Shown here: in pieces, positions 47,101 to 59,800 of the stretch | Layout of the letters: each line of letters starts with the position of its first letter | How positions within the stretch are numbered: the first letter of the stretch is position 1 | Source: Macrostomum hystrix | Taxonomy: Eukaryota; Animalia; Platyhelminthes | Direction of reading: 5' to 3' | Assembly (NCBI GenBank): GCA_950097015.1 | Contig: CATNEN010000009.1 | Coordinates: forward strand, 1,054,001 to 1,118,000 | DNA: 64,000 bases | Program-made: the position numbers and the translations under genes | Notes under the pieces: generated by a model | The model's database searches: none | Told to the model about the DNA's origin: nothing | What the model saw: the letters and a program-made list of their open reading frames with translations, nothing else

Positions 47101-47869
47101 CTTAGTGATGTATCACAATATGAAAATGAAAAATCAAAGACTTCGTATTAGCTTATTGACATGTATATTAATGGATATTGGCAATGTCCTAGTTTCCCAC
47201 GTTAAATAATTATTTTGACCAGATTTTTTTAATTTCAGCGCATCTGACATGGCTGGCCGACCTAGAGTGCCAACAACAATCATTCCTATCATGGATTTAC
47301 TGGCTGCTGCTGACCTATGTGACCTGAATGTCACCCTGCCTGAACTAGTACTGTTCTGAAGTTCTGGCACATGCATGGCACCAGCAATGGCCTTTTTGAG
47401 TCGCAACTTAGCAAGTACCTCTGGTGGCACCTCTATCAGGAGAAGACCTTCGGCAAATTTCTCTACTGGGTTGCCCATCATTATGGCGTTTAATACAGTA
47501 ACGTGACTGCTGACTACCATGGACTGACTTGTTTTACTTTGCTTTTTCTGTTTCTGAACTCAAAATAATTTAATGCAGGAAACAAGGACATTGCCATGGA
47601 TATTATCTAGATCTGCAAATAATAAAAGCACTAGGCCTACCTAATGGTTACAGGCACACCATGCATTGCGAATTGCATTTGGGCAATCCTCTAGTTTAGT
47701 TAGTCTTGTTTAGATGAACTAAGAGAGAAAGATAATCATTATATTATAGGGGGCCTACTTGTATTTGTACTATGACACTTAAGTTAACTCAAGCGTGTAG
47801 ACGCTTTAAAGGGCATAAAATACTTACTGTTGCAGTATGAACCGCTGGTTTATGTACTACTGCAGCCAT
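44173..47869 (-). CDS. LYPLA1: Acyl-protein thioesterase / lysophospholipase 1/2 homolog, 220 aa; exons 47869-47828, 46261-45695, 44226-44173
   Basis: MAAVVHKPAVHTAT|LIFLHGLGDTGHGW...GGFSMGG...HGDSDQMVP...HSSSDE|EMADMKQFLAKLLPPIE; Ser-Asp-His triad; phase-0 GT-AG introns. LYPLA1 vs LYPLA2 cannot be distinguished. Confidence 0.92.
44254..45681. repeat. 24-bp minisatellite filling LYPLA intron 2
   Basis: 24-bp periodicity between the donor at 45694 and the acceptor at 44227. Confidence 0.95.
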
Positions 47870-49146
47870 ATCGTCGCCTCTTTGCTGTCCTCGAAGCATA
47901 AAACAATTTCCCATAGACCTTGGGGCTCAAAGGGCAGAGGGCAGTTGTTGGCTGACTATCTGTTAAAGGATATTTCTACGAAAAATATTTTTTTAAAAGA
48001 GGGAGACTTCTAACCTTTGATTTGAACTTCTTAATAGTGCTGAATGTTTTTATCGGACTTTTTTATGTGTATTTTGCCGCATTTATATACTTTCTACTGT
48101 CATGTTTGTTTTTTTAGTTCGAATATATTTGCAGAATAGGGGTTTTCTTCGAAACATTTCTCTTGAGGCAGTTCCACCGGACTTCATGTAAAAACCCACA
48201 TGTTTTACTAATAGTATCACTTTTTAGGCCAACGTATTTTCTTTTATACCTTAAAATTTGATCACTAGGCCTACTTTAGTTAGATTAGATTAAGCACATG
48301 TACATGTAGGGTCTATTTCCTTATAGTGTAATTATAAGACTGTCATTGGCATTGCAACAATTCTGCTAACAGTGCTAAGATTAACAAGGTTTAGCAAGGC
48401 TTAGTAAATACTTCTATGATGAAATTTTAAAGCCAGGGCATTGAAAATCAGTTATAATTATAGGCTAGCTACTATGTGGTTCTTGATAAGAAAGCCTGTT
48501 AGTAAAAGTTTGCACTTTATTTAACAGGTATATCACTGCCACTGATATGTTAACAGGATCAAGGCTTGTTTACATGTAATTTTAAATAGGCCTAAGGACA
48601 TAAAACATGATAGTGCATTTTTTATGACCGTTGAACTATTTAGTTAAAATGCACAAATGTACTCAGTGCTAGGGCCTATAGCCAAGAGTTTGCCTAGATT
48701 GTCATATGTGATGATCCCATAGCCCATGGGCCCCCCTAACCCACTCCTCAGTGCAATAGTATCAGCCCTAAAAATCAAGCATCTCGGCTTTGAGGGGTCA
48801 TTAACCCATTGACCCCTCTTGGCTATGCCACAAATGTACTTTTAAATGAATCATTTGACAGCTGTGTGAATGTAGATAAGCCTTTTTAAGGCTTCTGATT
48901 TAAATATCATTCGTTATTTAGTTGGAAATAACTTAAGATATGAGAACTAGACATGGAAAACAAAAGCTCTTGCAACCAAAATCATAACTTTTTATAACTT
49001 TTGTAAAAAAGGCTCAGTATTGTTTAATCCCTTTAGCATTATCTATAGCTACAACTAGCAAGTTTTGCCCCCCTTCGGGGAGCAGAAATACTTTTAATTC
49101 GTCTACTATATACTTTTTAGCAGCTGAATTTACTGCTTTTTAAAGC

Positions 49147-49998
49147 TACAATGAACCCCCAGTTGACAATGATCCCCCCGTTGATGATGATCTCCCAGTT
49201 GATGATGATCCCCTAGTTGACAATAATCCCCCAGTTGACAATGATCCCCCAGTTGACAATGAACCCCCAGTTGACAATGATCCCCCAGTTGACAATGATC
49301 CCCCAGTTGACAATGATCCCCCAGTTGACAATGATCCCACAGTTGACAATGATCACCCAGTTGATGATGATCCCCCAGTTGATGATGATCACCCAGTTGA
49401 AAATGATCCCCCAGTTGACAATGATCCCGCCCGTTGACAATGATCCCACAGTTGACAATGAACCCCCAGTTGACAATGATCCCCCCAGTTGACGATGATC
49501 CCCCAGTTGACAATGATCCCCCAGTTGACAATGAACCCCCAGTTGACAACAATCCCCCAGTTGACAATGATCCCCCAGTTGACAATGATCCCCCAGTTGA
49601 CAATGATCCCCCAGTTGACAATGATCCCCCAGTTGACAAAGATCCTCCAGTTAACAATGATCCCCCAGTTGATGATGACTCCCCATTGATGATGATCCCC
49701 AGTTAACAATGTTCCTCCAGTTGACAATGATCCCCCAGTTGATGATGATCACCCAGTTGACAATGAACCCCCAGTTGACAACGATCTACCAGTTGACAAT
49801 GATCCCCCAGTTGACAATGATCCCCCAGTTGATGATGATCACCCAGTTGACAATGATCCCCAAGTTGACAATGATCCCACAGTTGACAATGATCCCCCAG
49901 TTGACAATTAACCCCTAGTTTACCATGATCCCCCAGTTGACGATTATCCCCCAGTTTACCATGATCCCCATTTTGATGATGACTCCCCAGTTGACGTT
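49147..49998. repeat. 18-19-bp minisatellite (AGTTGACAATGATCCCCC)
   Basis: Degenerate 18-bp periodicity. Confidence 0.9.
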
Positions 49999-50014
49999 GA
50001 TTTTTCAAACGCTG

Positions 50015-51007
50015 GGTAAGCCAAGATTCAAACTCAGATTTCGCCATGTTTTAAACCCTGGTGGGCTATGATTCAAACTCTCGTTTTGCCATGATTCAGA
50101 CTCTGGTTGACTATGATTCAAACTCTGGTTTTGCCATGATTCAAGCTCTGGTTTAGCCATGATTCAAGCTCTGGTTTAGCCATGATTCAAACTCTGGTTT
50201 AGCCATGATTCAAGCTCTGGTTTAGCCATGATTCAAGCTCTGGTTTAGCCATGATTCAAACTCTGGTTTAGCCATGATTCAAACTCTGGTTTAGCCATGA
50301 TTCAAACTCTGGTTTAGCCATGATTCAAACGCTGGGTTAGCCATGATTGAAACTCTGGTTTAGCAATGATTCAAACTCTGGTTTTGCCATGATTCAAACT
50401 CTGGTTTAGCCAAGATTCAAACTCTGGTTTAGCCATGATTCAGACTCCGGTTGACTATGATTCAAACTCTGGTTTTGCCATGATTCAAACGCTGGTTTAG
50501 CCATGATTCAAACCCTGGTTTAGCCATGATTCAAGCTCTGGTTTAGCCATGATCCAAACTCTGGTTTAGCCATGATTCAGACTCTGGTTTTGCCATGATT
50601 CAAACTCTGGTTTAGCCAAGATTCAAACTCTGGTTTAGCCATGATTCAGACTCCGGTTGACTATGATTCAAGCTCTGGTTTAGCCATGATTCAAGCTCTG
50701 GTTTAGCCATGATTCAAACTCTGGTTTAGCCATGATTCAAACTCTGGTTTAGCCATGATTCAAGCTCTGGTTTAGCCATGATTCAGACTCTGGTTGACTA
50801 TGATTCAAACTCTGGTTTAGCCATGATTCAAGCTCTGGTTTAGCCATGATTCAAGCTCTGGTTTAGCCATGATTGAAGCTCTGGTTTAGCCATGATTCAG
50901 ACTCTGGTTGACTATGATTCAAACTCTGGTTTAGCCATGATTCAAACTCTGGTTTAGCCATGATCCAAACTCTGGTTTAGCCATGATTCAAACTCTCGTT
51001 TTGCTAT
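50015..51007. repeat. 23-bp minisatellite (CTCTGGTTTAGCCATGATTCAAA)
   Basis: 23-bp periodicity. Confidence 0.92.
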
Positions 51008-51947
51008 GCAGAAGTGAGTTAAAAGTTTTCCCTTTATTTTCAAAATAAAATAAAAAAATTGCTTTGCATCTATCACTACTGACTGACAATTCGTTTAAAT
51101 ATTTGACGCAGTGCAGAGTCGAACCAAGGACACTTCGCCTAGCCTAGCCTAACCTATTCCTAGAGCCTGAACATTGGCTACTCCGACTGTTGGATTGTGG
51201 ATGCAAAAATTAGCCTTATAAAATGAATTCTCAAAGTTCTGGCTTTGTACAAATAGAGTACACTTAGGTTCTGTCCAGATCGTGCAGGTTTCTAACTCAG
51301 TCAGCTGGGGGGTGTTGCGCAAGTTGCAATGCAATTCCAATTCAGCGGCAGTCAGTTAAATTCTGACATGGGTGAGAAAAGCTGTGATGTAATCTATTTA
51401 TAAATTCGCACTGACTGTCTCGCCAGTGGGGTTGACAGTGAAATTATTATCAGTGGTCCTGATGCAATCATTAAAATTGGCAGTGGTATGCACGTTGACA
51501 AAACTGGCTCTGATGTAATGCATTAAAAATCCTATCTAAAACAGTTTTTCGAATATTTAATCCCCTTGGCAATGGAATTAAGCTTAATAAAAATACGTGT
51601 ATATGTGTCCCCATATTTGGCATCTTTTGGTGAAGAAATGGTGAAAATCGGTTGAGCCGTTCGGGAAAAAATCAATTACAAGCAACCAAGCATTTCATTT
51701 TTCTATTCATTTTTCTATAGCTACAATGTACATTTACTAGTGACATAAGCTAACATAATACAAAGAAATTTGTAGCTAATTTACTGACAATTTTATGCTC
51801 TAGTAACTTGTATAAAACCATTTAAATTAGTTTTTAATTACTCTCTTTGCCTAGAGTAAATAAGAATGTTTCAATTGCCAAAAATATTTATATATTTATT
51901 AAGAAATTTAAGAGTTGAAATTTCAGCTCCAGATCCCTGGAGTTGCA

Positions 51948-54900
51948 ATGAGTAGTGCCACCAGAGTCTGCGCCAACAACAACAGCAGCAGTCGAAATGC
52001 TGATGCAGGCGCCATCAAAGACTGCTCTGGCAATGGAGACAACAGCTCAGACAAGTTTGTCCTGGCCAGCGATGAAGTCCCAGACAATCGTGAGTCTCCC
52101 GCTGAAGTAGCCGCAGACACCAGCTCTGACAGTCCATCTGCAGCTGCAGCCTGCACAGTCGCCTTCCACACCGACCACCCGGAGGGCACACGGCTGCATC
52201 GTCTGGCCTTCACTGGCGACGTGACTGCTCTGGCTCGAGTGATGCGCGAACTGGGCCCGGAGACCTTGGCCCAGATCATCGACGTGCAGGACAAACATGG
52301 TGAGCGATTGCACCTCTCTCTGATACTTCAGATCCGCTCCCTCTGATACTTCAGATCCGCTCCCTCTGATACTTCAGATCCACTCCCTCTGATACTTCAG
52401 ATCCGCTCCCTCTGATTCTTCAGATCCGCTCCCTCTGATTCTTCAGATCCACTCCCTCTGATACTTCAGATCCGCTCCCTCTGATTCTTCAGATCCGCTC
52501 CCTCTGATACTTCAGATCCGCTCCCTCTGATACTTCAGATCCGCTCCCTCTGATTCTTCAGATCCGCTCCCTCTGATTCTTCAGATCCGCTCCCTCTGAT
52601 ACTTCAGATCCGCTCCCTCTGATACTTCAGATCCACTCCCTCTGATACTTCAGATCCGCTCCCTCTGATTCTTCAGATCCGCTCCCTCTGATTCTTCAGA
52701 TCCGCTCCCTCTGATACTTCAGATCCGCTCCCTCTGATTCTTCAGATCCTCTCCCTCTGATACTTCAGATCCGCTCCCTCTGATACTTCAGATCCGCTCC
52801 CTCTGATTCTTTAGATCCGCTCCCTCTGATACTTCAGATCCGCTCCCTCTGATTCTTCAGATCCGCTCCCTCTGATCCTTAGATTCGCTCCCTCTGATAC
52901 TTTAGATCCGCTCCCTCTGATACTTCAGATCCGCTCCCTCTGATTCTTCAGATCCGCTCCCTCTGATTCTTCAGATCCGCTCCCTCTGATACTTCAGATC
53001 CGCTCCCTCTGATTCTTCAGATCCTCTCCCTCTGATTCTTCAGATCCTCTCCCTCTGATACTTCAGATCCGCTCCCTCTGATACTTCAGATCCGCTCCCT
53101 CTGATACTTCAGATCCGCTCCCTCTGATTCTTCAGATCCGCTCCCTCTGATTCTTCAGATCCTCTCCCTCTGATACTTCAGATCCGCTCCCTCTGATACT
53201 TCAGATCCGCTCCCTCTGATACTTCAGATCCGCTCCCTCTGATTCTTCAGATCCGCTCCCTCTGATACTTCAGATCCGCTCCCTCTGATACTTCAGATCC
53301 GCTCCCTCTGATTCTTCAGATCCGCTCCCTCTGATACTTCAGATCCGCTCCCTCTGATTCTTCAGATCCGCTCCCTCTGATTCTTCAGATCCGCTCCCTG
53401 TGATTCTTCAGATCCGCTCCCTCTGATCCTTAGATTCGCTCCCTCTGATACTTCAGATCCGCTCCCTTTGATACTTCAGATCCGCTCCCTCTGATACTTC
53501 AGATCCGCTCCCTCTGATACTTCAGATCCGCTCCCTCTGATACTTCAGATCCGCTCCCTCTGATTCTTCAGATCCGCTCCCTCTGATACTTCAGATCCGC
53601 TCCCTCTGATACTTCAGATCCGCTCCCTCTGATTCTTCAGATCCGCTCCCTCTGATACTTCAGATCCGCTCCCTCTGATTCTTCAGATCCGCTCCCTCTG
53701 ATTCTTCAGATCCGCTCCCTGTGATTCTTCAGATCCGCTCCCTCTGATCCTTAGATTCGCTCCCTCTGATACTTCAGATCCGCTCCCTTTGATACTTCAG
53801 ATCCGCTCCCTCTGATACTTCAGATCCGCTCCCTGTGATTCTTCAGATCCGCTCCCTCTGATTCTTCAGATCCTCTCCCTCTGATACTTCAGATCCGCTC
53901 CCTCTGATACTTCAGATCCGCTCCCTCTGATACTTCAGATCCGCTCCCTCTGATTCTTCAGATCCGCTCCCTCTGATACTTCAGATCCGCTCCCTCTGAT
54001 ACTTCAGATCCGCTCCCTCTGATTCTTCAGATCCGCTCCCTCTGATACTTCAGATCCGCTCCCTCTGATTCTTCAGATCCGCTCCCTCTGATTCTTCAGA
54101 TCCGCTCCCTGTGATTCTTCAGATCCGCTCCCTCTGATCCTTAGATTCGCTCCCTCTGATACTTCAGATCCGCTCCCTTTGATACTTCAGATCCGCTCCC
54201 TCTGATACTTCAGATCCGCTCCCTGTGATTCTTCAGATCCGCTCCCTCTGATCCTTAGATTCGCTCCCTCTGATACTTCAGATCCGCTCCCTTTGATACT
54301 TCAGATCGGCTCCCTCTGATACTTCAGATCTGTTTTCCCACGGCCCTTCTTCAGTCATTCAAATATATATCCCTGTTTTGCCAAAATCAGCAAACACGCT
54401 TCCTTATTGCTAGGCAACACAGCGCTGCACATCGCCATCATGCGGGGCCATCACGCCTGCGTGACGCTGCTGACTGGCGAAGGCGCCAGCGTCAGGATTC
54501 GCAATCGCGAGTGCTGGTCGCCCATCTGCGAGGCTGTCAGCTATGGCGAGCGCAAGACCAGTGAGTCCCCCCTGCCTGCTCTCATTCTCTTGGGCTTCCA
54601 ACTCCATCGCCTCGGCCACGCCTGCTCTCACTGCCAGTCCCAATTGCCTATTGCTCAGCTACTGTTTCCCCATCCCTTTGCTGCGTCTGAGCTGCATCAG
54701 CAAGCACAGGCAAGCCCAGAAGCCGGAGCAGTTCAGTGTCTTTGAGCAAGGCGCGGCACGTGCTCAAAATAGGAGTGGAGTTTTTTCTGGAGGCGGGGGG
54801 CCGTCCCGTCAGCTGTAATTATCGTCTGAATTCCATGGCTCTGTGTGTGTCTGCGCGTGTTCGCTGCTTTTGAAGTGGAATAATGACGGGAGCTGCAGGC

Positions 54901-57900
54901 TCATCCTGTTTAGTTCTTGAGAAATTCTGCTTCGAGTGCTTCTTATTTCCTTTGCGAGCACTTCCTGCAAGCCGCACAGGCACTCTGCACTTCTCGATTC
55001 CTGTATTCCCCAATCTGACAGATCCCAAACACCTGCCTGCCTGCTACCCGCTTTCAGTCCTGCACATCATTCGCCTGCTGCACAGGGAGCTGCAGGACCT
55101 GGGCGAGTCTCGGCGCCAGGATCTCATTCGACTGCTCAAGTCCATGCCAGACTTCTACTTGGAGATCAATTGGGACTTCCAGACATGGGGTGAGCAGCTG
55201 GCTTTTGAGTTACCTGGCTAACCTGTCAGTTACCTGGCTAACCTGTCAGTTACCTGGCTAACCTGTCAGTTACCTGGCTAACCTGTCAGTTACCTGGCCT
55301 GTCTTTCAGTTACATGACTAAACCTGTCAGTCACCACTCACCTGGCTAACCTGTCAGTCACCTGTTTTACCTGCTAGTTACATGACTAAACCTTTCAGTT
55401 ACCTGGCTAACCTGTCAGTCACCTGTTTGACCTGTCAGTTACCTGGCTAAGTTGTGTCTAAGCATTCAGTAAAGCCTAAATAAGTCAGCACCTGCTTGCC
55501 CAGCTGTTAGCCAGCCGCTTCGCACACCTGTCAAACTCATCCCGCCCGCAGTTCCGCTGCTGTCCCGCCTGCTGCCAAGCGATGTCTGCCGGCTATACAA
55601 GAAAGGCGCCCGGGTCCGCATGGACAGCACCCTGGTGGACTTCGAGGACATGCGCTGGACTCGCGGCGACATTTCGTTTCTGTACAACGGTGAGGAGAAG
55701 GCGCGCAACGCTTTCGTCATGCTGGATAATGCGGTCCGCTGCTACCAGCGAATGCGGCGAGAGCGCAGCAGCGAGCGGGACCTGACCTCCGAGGCGGACA
55801 TGCTCATGGCCAGCGATGTGGTCTTCGCCAAGCTCGACACCGCTAAGGCCCGCTTCACGCGGCAGCAGCAGGTGCGGATTGCTCACATTCGCAGCCTCCC
55901 CAACTCCCCTTTCTGAGTATCCTTCTGGGGATACTCCAAAATAGCCCTCACGGTTCAGTGGCGGAGAGCGCTGAAGTGCCCGAGCTGGAATCCGTGGCGA
56001 AGCCACATTAATTTGGGCGCAGCTGCGGAGAGAAGGCTTTGGGGCTTGTTCAAATAACACCATTGAGAGCCCAAGAGTGCTCAGGAGTCAGCGAAATGGG
56101 GGCAGAATTGCCTCCTCGCTGGCTGCGGGTCTAGTGTCACCAAATGATGCATCAACAAACTCAGCCTCCTATCCTCAGTACCAGTCCTGATCCTGAATAT
56201 CCCGACTGGCCACCCGCTGTGCAGGGCTGGCTGTGGCGCCGTCACGAGCGACACGAGCAGGTGGGCTCATGGAGCGCCAGCTTCTACGAGGTGCGCGGCC
56301 TGCGCCTCTGTGTGCGGAAACGCCGCGAGCACCTGTCGGCTGAGGATGTTCGGCGCAACAAGGAGGTCATGGAAAAGTTCGCCAAGGGCCACGTGGCGCA
56401 GAACCTCGAGTTCGAGGAGCGGCACTCGCTACCGCCTCCGACGCCGGTTATGGAGGCCGGCGATGAAGCCACCGCTGATGCTGCGTGGGCGGCTTACCTG
56501 GCCGGAGACAGTCCCTACCTGGGCAGGCGACCATTGCTGAAGGACAGCGTCAAGAGCCACACCTGTCGACTGGCCATGGCCGAGGACTTCCCACTCGAAG
56601 TCAATAAGTGAGGCCAGCCAGGACTTCTGGCACCGAATGCTTTCAAAGTCTTCTTGACCTAAGCCAAGCTAATAATTCAGCTGCCGTCCTTCTTCCAGAT
56701 TTCTGGAGCTGCTGCGTCTGCTGGCGCCCTTCAAACAGTTCAACAGACTGCGGGAATTCCTCAGCAACCAGCTGCCACCCGGCTTCCCCGTCAAGATTGG
56801 TGAGCGCTGCATGCAACCTGCCACCCCACTGTGCCCTCCCTGCAACCTGCCACCCCACTGTGCCCTCCCTGCAACCTGCCACCCCACTGTGCCCTCCCTG
56901 CAACCTGCCACCCCACTGTGCCCTCCCTGCAACCTGCCACCCCACTGTGCCCTCCCTGCAACCTGCCACCCCACTGTGCCCTCCCTGCAACCTGCCACCC
57001 CACTGTGCCCTCCCTGCAACCTGCCACCCCACTGTGCCCTACCTGCAACCTGCCACCCCACTGTGCCCTCCCTGCAACCTGCCATCCACTGTGCCCTCCC
57101 TGCAACCTGCCATCCACTGTGCCCTACCTGCAACCTGCCACCCCACTGTGCCCTCCCTGCAACCTGCCACCCCACTGTGCCCTCCCTGCAACCTGCCACC
57201 CCACTGTGCCCTTCCTGCAACCTGCCACCCCACTGTGCCCTCCCTGCAACCTGCCACCCCACTGTGCCCTCCCTGCAACCTGCCACCCCACTGTGCCCTC
57301 CCTGCAACCTGCCACCCCACTGTGCCCTCCCTGCAACCTGCCACCCCACTGTGCCCTCCCTGCAACCTGCCACCCCACTGTGCCCTCCCTGCAACCTGCC
57401 ACCCCACTGTGCCCTCCCTGCAACCTGCCACCCCACTGTGCCCTCCCTGCAACCTGCCACCCCACTGTGCCCTCCCTGCAACCTGCCACCCCACTGTGCC
57501 CTCCCTGCAACCTGCCATCCACTGTGCCCTCCCTGCAACCTGCCACCCCACTGTGCCCTACCTGCAACCTGCCACCCCACTGTGCCCTCCCTGCAACCTG
57601 CCAGCCATTGTGCCCTACCTGCAACCTGCCACCCCACTGTGCCCTCTCTGCAACCTGCCACCCCACTGTGGCCTCCCTGCAACCTGCCACCCCACTGTGC
57701 CTCCCTGCAACCTGCCAAACCCACTGTGCCCTCCCTGCAACCTGCCACCCCACTGTGCCCTCCCTGCAACCTGCCACCCCACTGTGCCCTCCCTGCAACC
57801 TGCCATCCACTGTGCCCTCCCTGCAACCTGCCATCCACTGTGCCCTCCATGCAACCTGCCAGCCATTGTGCCCTCCCTGCAACCCGCCACCCCACAGGGC

Positions 57901-58093
57901 CCTTCCTACAACCCGCCACCCCACTGCGTCTCACCTGCCAGCGGCCCCGCCACCCGCAGAGATGCCGGTGTACCCGACCATCACGGCGCAGGTGAGCTTC
58001 CGGCAGTACGAGCTGCGCACGGACCTGGCGGACTCGCTGTTCGCCATCCCGGACGGCTACAAGCAGAGCCGGCGCCGCTTCCCCAACTTGTGA
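51948..58093 (+). CDS. ANKRD13C: Ankyrin repeat domain-containing protein 13C homolog, ~522 aa; exons 51948-52299, 54414-54560, 55058-55189, 55552-55871, 56225-56607, 56699-56799, 57960-58093
   Basis: Ankyrin repeats (LHRLAFTGD, GNTALHIA, WSPICEAVSYG), DFYLEINWDFQTWVPLLSRLLPSD, RKRREHLSAEDV, LPPGFPVKIEMPVYPTITAQVSF, ending RFPNL; all GT-AG; 1569 nt in frame; no UIM tail, as in 13C. Confidence 0.9.
52317..54330. repeat. 23-bp minisatellite (CTCTGATACTTCAGATCCGCTCC), ~87 copies, ANKRD13 intron 1
   Basis: 23-bp periodicity. Confidence 0.95.
55205..55450. repeat. 20-bp degenerate repeat (AACCTGTCAGTTACCTGGCT), ANKRD13 intron 3
   Basis: Several exact units followed by decayed ones. Confidence 0.8.
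55945..56150 (+). mobile_element. Diverged, internally deleted SINE family 2 copy in ANKRD13 intron 4
   Basis: Shares GGGCGCAGCYGCGGAGAGAAGGCTT and GTGCTCAGGAGTCAGCGAAATGGG...GGGTCTAGTGTCAC with 10667-11022. Confidence 0.65.
56812..57930. repeat. 29-bp minisatellite (CCACTGTGCCCTCCCTGCAACCTGCCACC), ANKRD13 intron 6
   Basis: 29-bp periodicity; explains the overlapping spurious ORFs. Confidence 0.95.
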
Positions 58094-58284
58094 CGCGATC
58101 TGGGGGACGCGGCCCTCTCGCTGCCGCTGACGGCGCCGCTGATAGCTGAGGCCGGCGACAGCGAAGGCGGCCACCTGCTATGCGTGGATGTACCGCTGTC
58201 CAACGTTGGCGAGTCCGGGCCCGTCCTCCGAGTCGAACTCTGACGACACCTCCGCCTCATTCGCTCCCTTCTTGTTACCTCTGA

Positions 58285-58798
58285 ATTTTATGAGTTATCC
58301 CCTTCAAATGCTTTGGGATTTTATGAGTTATCCCCATCAGATGCTTTGGGATTTTATGAGTTGTCCCCCTTCAAATGCTTTGGGATTTTATGAGTTATCC
58401 CCATCAGATGCTTTGGATTTTATGAGTTGTCCCCCTTCAAATGCTTTGGATTTTATGAGTTATCCCCTTCAGATGCTTTGGGATTTTATGAGTTATCCCC
58501 TTCAGATGCTTTGGATTTTATGAGTTATCCCCTTCAAATGCTTTGGGATTTTATGAGTTATCCCCTTCAGATGCTTTGGATTTTATGAGTTATCCCCTTC
58601 AGATGCTTTGGGATTTTATGAGTTATCCCCTTCAAATGCTTTGGGATTTTATGAGTTATCCCCTTCAAATGCTTTGGGATTTTATGAGTTATCCCCTTCA
58701 GATGCTTTGGGATTTTATGAGTTATCCCCTTCAAATGCTTTGGGATTTTATGAGTTATCCCCTTCAGATGCTTTGGGATTTTATGAGTTATCCCCTTT
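58285..58798. repeat. 32-33-bp minisatellite (GATTTTATGAGTTATCCCCTTCAGATGCTTTGG), downstream of the ANKRD13 stop
   Basis: 33-bp periodicity with 1-nt length variants. Confidence 0.92.
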
Positions 58799-59430
58799 TG
58801 TAGTCGTAGTATTTCGATGCCCCCTAATTTATTCCCTTCAGTTTCTGGGTGATTTTGTCTTGTCTGACAAATCCCCTCTTGGTCTCTTCTTTTCGGGGAT
58901 TTATATATGTTCCCATGAGCGGGATTTAAAACATCACATTGAGCCATTTGTCCTGGGTGTTGGCTGTCTGCAGTGAACACGAAATCGCAGCGACAGAGTC
59001 AGTATGTGTACATTTCTTATTTATATTTTATATTTCAAGTAGTTTTTGGCCTAACGTCTGCGTTAGATGCTTGTGATTTTATGTTCTATTTGATTTTTGC
59101 TTAGAACTGAGCTTTTACCTCACTTTTTTGCATGGAATGCGCACTTTGCTACTTGCAGTAATACAAGTAGTATATGTATATTATATATTACAGTAGTATC
59201 ATTTTTAACGCAGGGATTTTTGCCCCTGACTCAATCTAGCTGCAATGCTGCGTGAACCAAATAGTTTCCTGTTTATTTCTAGTGTACTTCAGCGGTCCCT
59301 GAGTATGAGCTCATTGTCTGACCTCCCGCACCAGGTTTTATAGTTGATATTCTTGCTGTAGTTATTGAGCTTAGTTGCCGCAACCTGGAATCATATCCTG
59401 CTCATGGCGAGCCGACTGCAAATAAACATT

Positions 59431-59571
59431 GTACTGCTCATCAGTGAGTACTGCTCATCAGTGAGTACTGCTCATCAGTGAGTACTGCTCATCAGTGAGT
59501 ACTGCTCATCAGTGAGTACTGCTCACCAGTGAGTACTGCTCACCAGTGAGTACTGCTCATCAGTGAGTACT
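59431..59571. repeat. 17-bp tandem repeat (CTGCTCATCAGTGAGTA), ~8 copies
   Basis: Direct periodicity. Confidence 0.88.
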
Positions 59572-59800
59572 GATTATCAGATTCTCACCGATTTGCCTGC
59601 CTTTGCTTTGCGGGAAATGACTTCTAGGATTCTCGGAGACAGGAGGGCTTTGGGCACGGGCTATTGTTTATCAGTCGTAAAGTGCGGAGGTTCCACAAGC
59701 CCTCTCTCCGCGGCAGCACGTAGAATCGAGTTCGAGTGGCTTGGTGCAAGCGCTGACCTGCCACGTTCTTGAATGTCTTCCAGATCTGCCGCCCCTCCAC

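Noticed and set aside
47134-47520. 128-aa minus-strand ORF
   Set aside because: Lies in LYPLA intron 1; no motif and composition unlike the real genes.
48678-48826. 11-bp inverted repeat (ATAGCCAAGAG) suggesting a MITE
   Set aside because: Too short, no clear TSD and no second copy in the window.
49130-50047. Multiple repetitive ORFs (QLTMIP, PVDNDP, GDHCQL)
   Set aside because: Translations of an 18-19-bp minisatellite with frequent frame-shifting units.
56608-58174. Cys/Pro-rich 400-500-aa ORFs in several frames
   Set aside because: Products of the 29-bp repeat in ANKRD13 intron 6; the true exons flank it with canonical splice sites.
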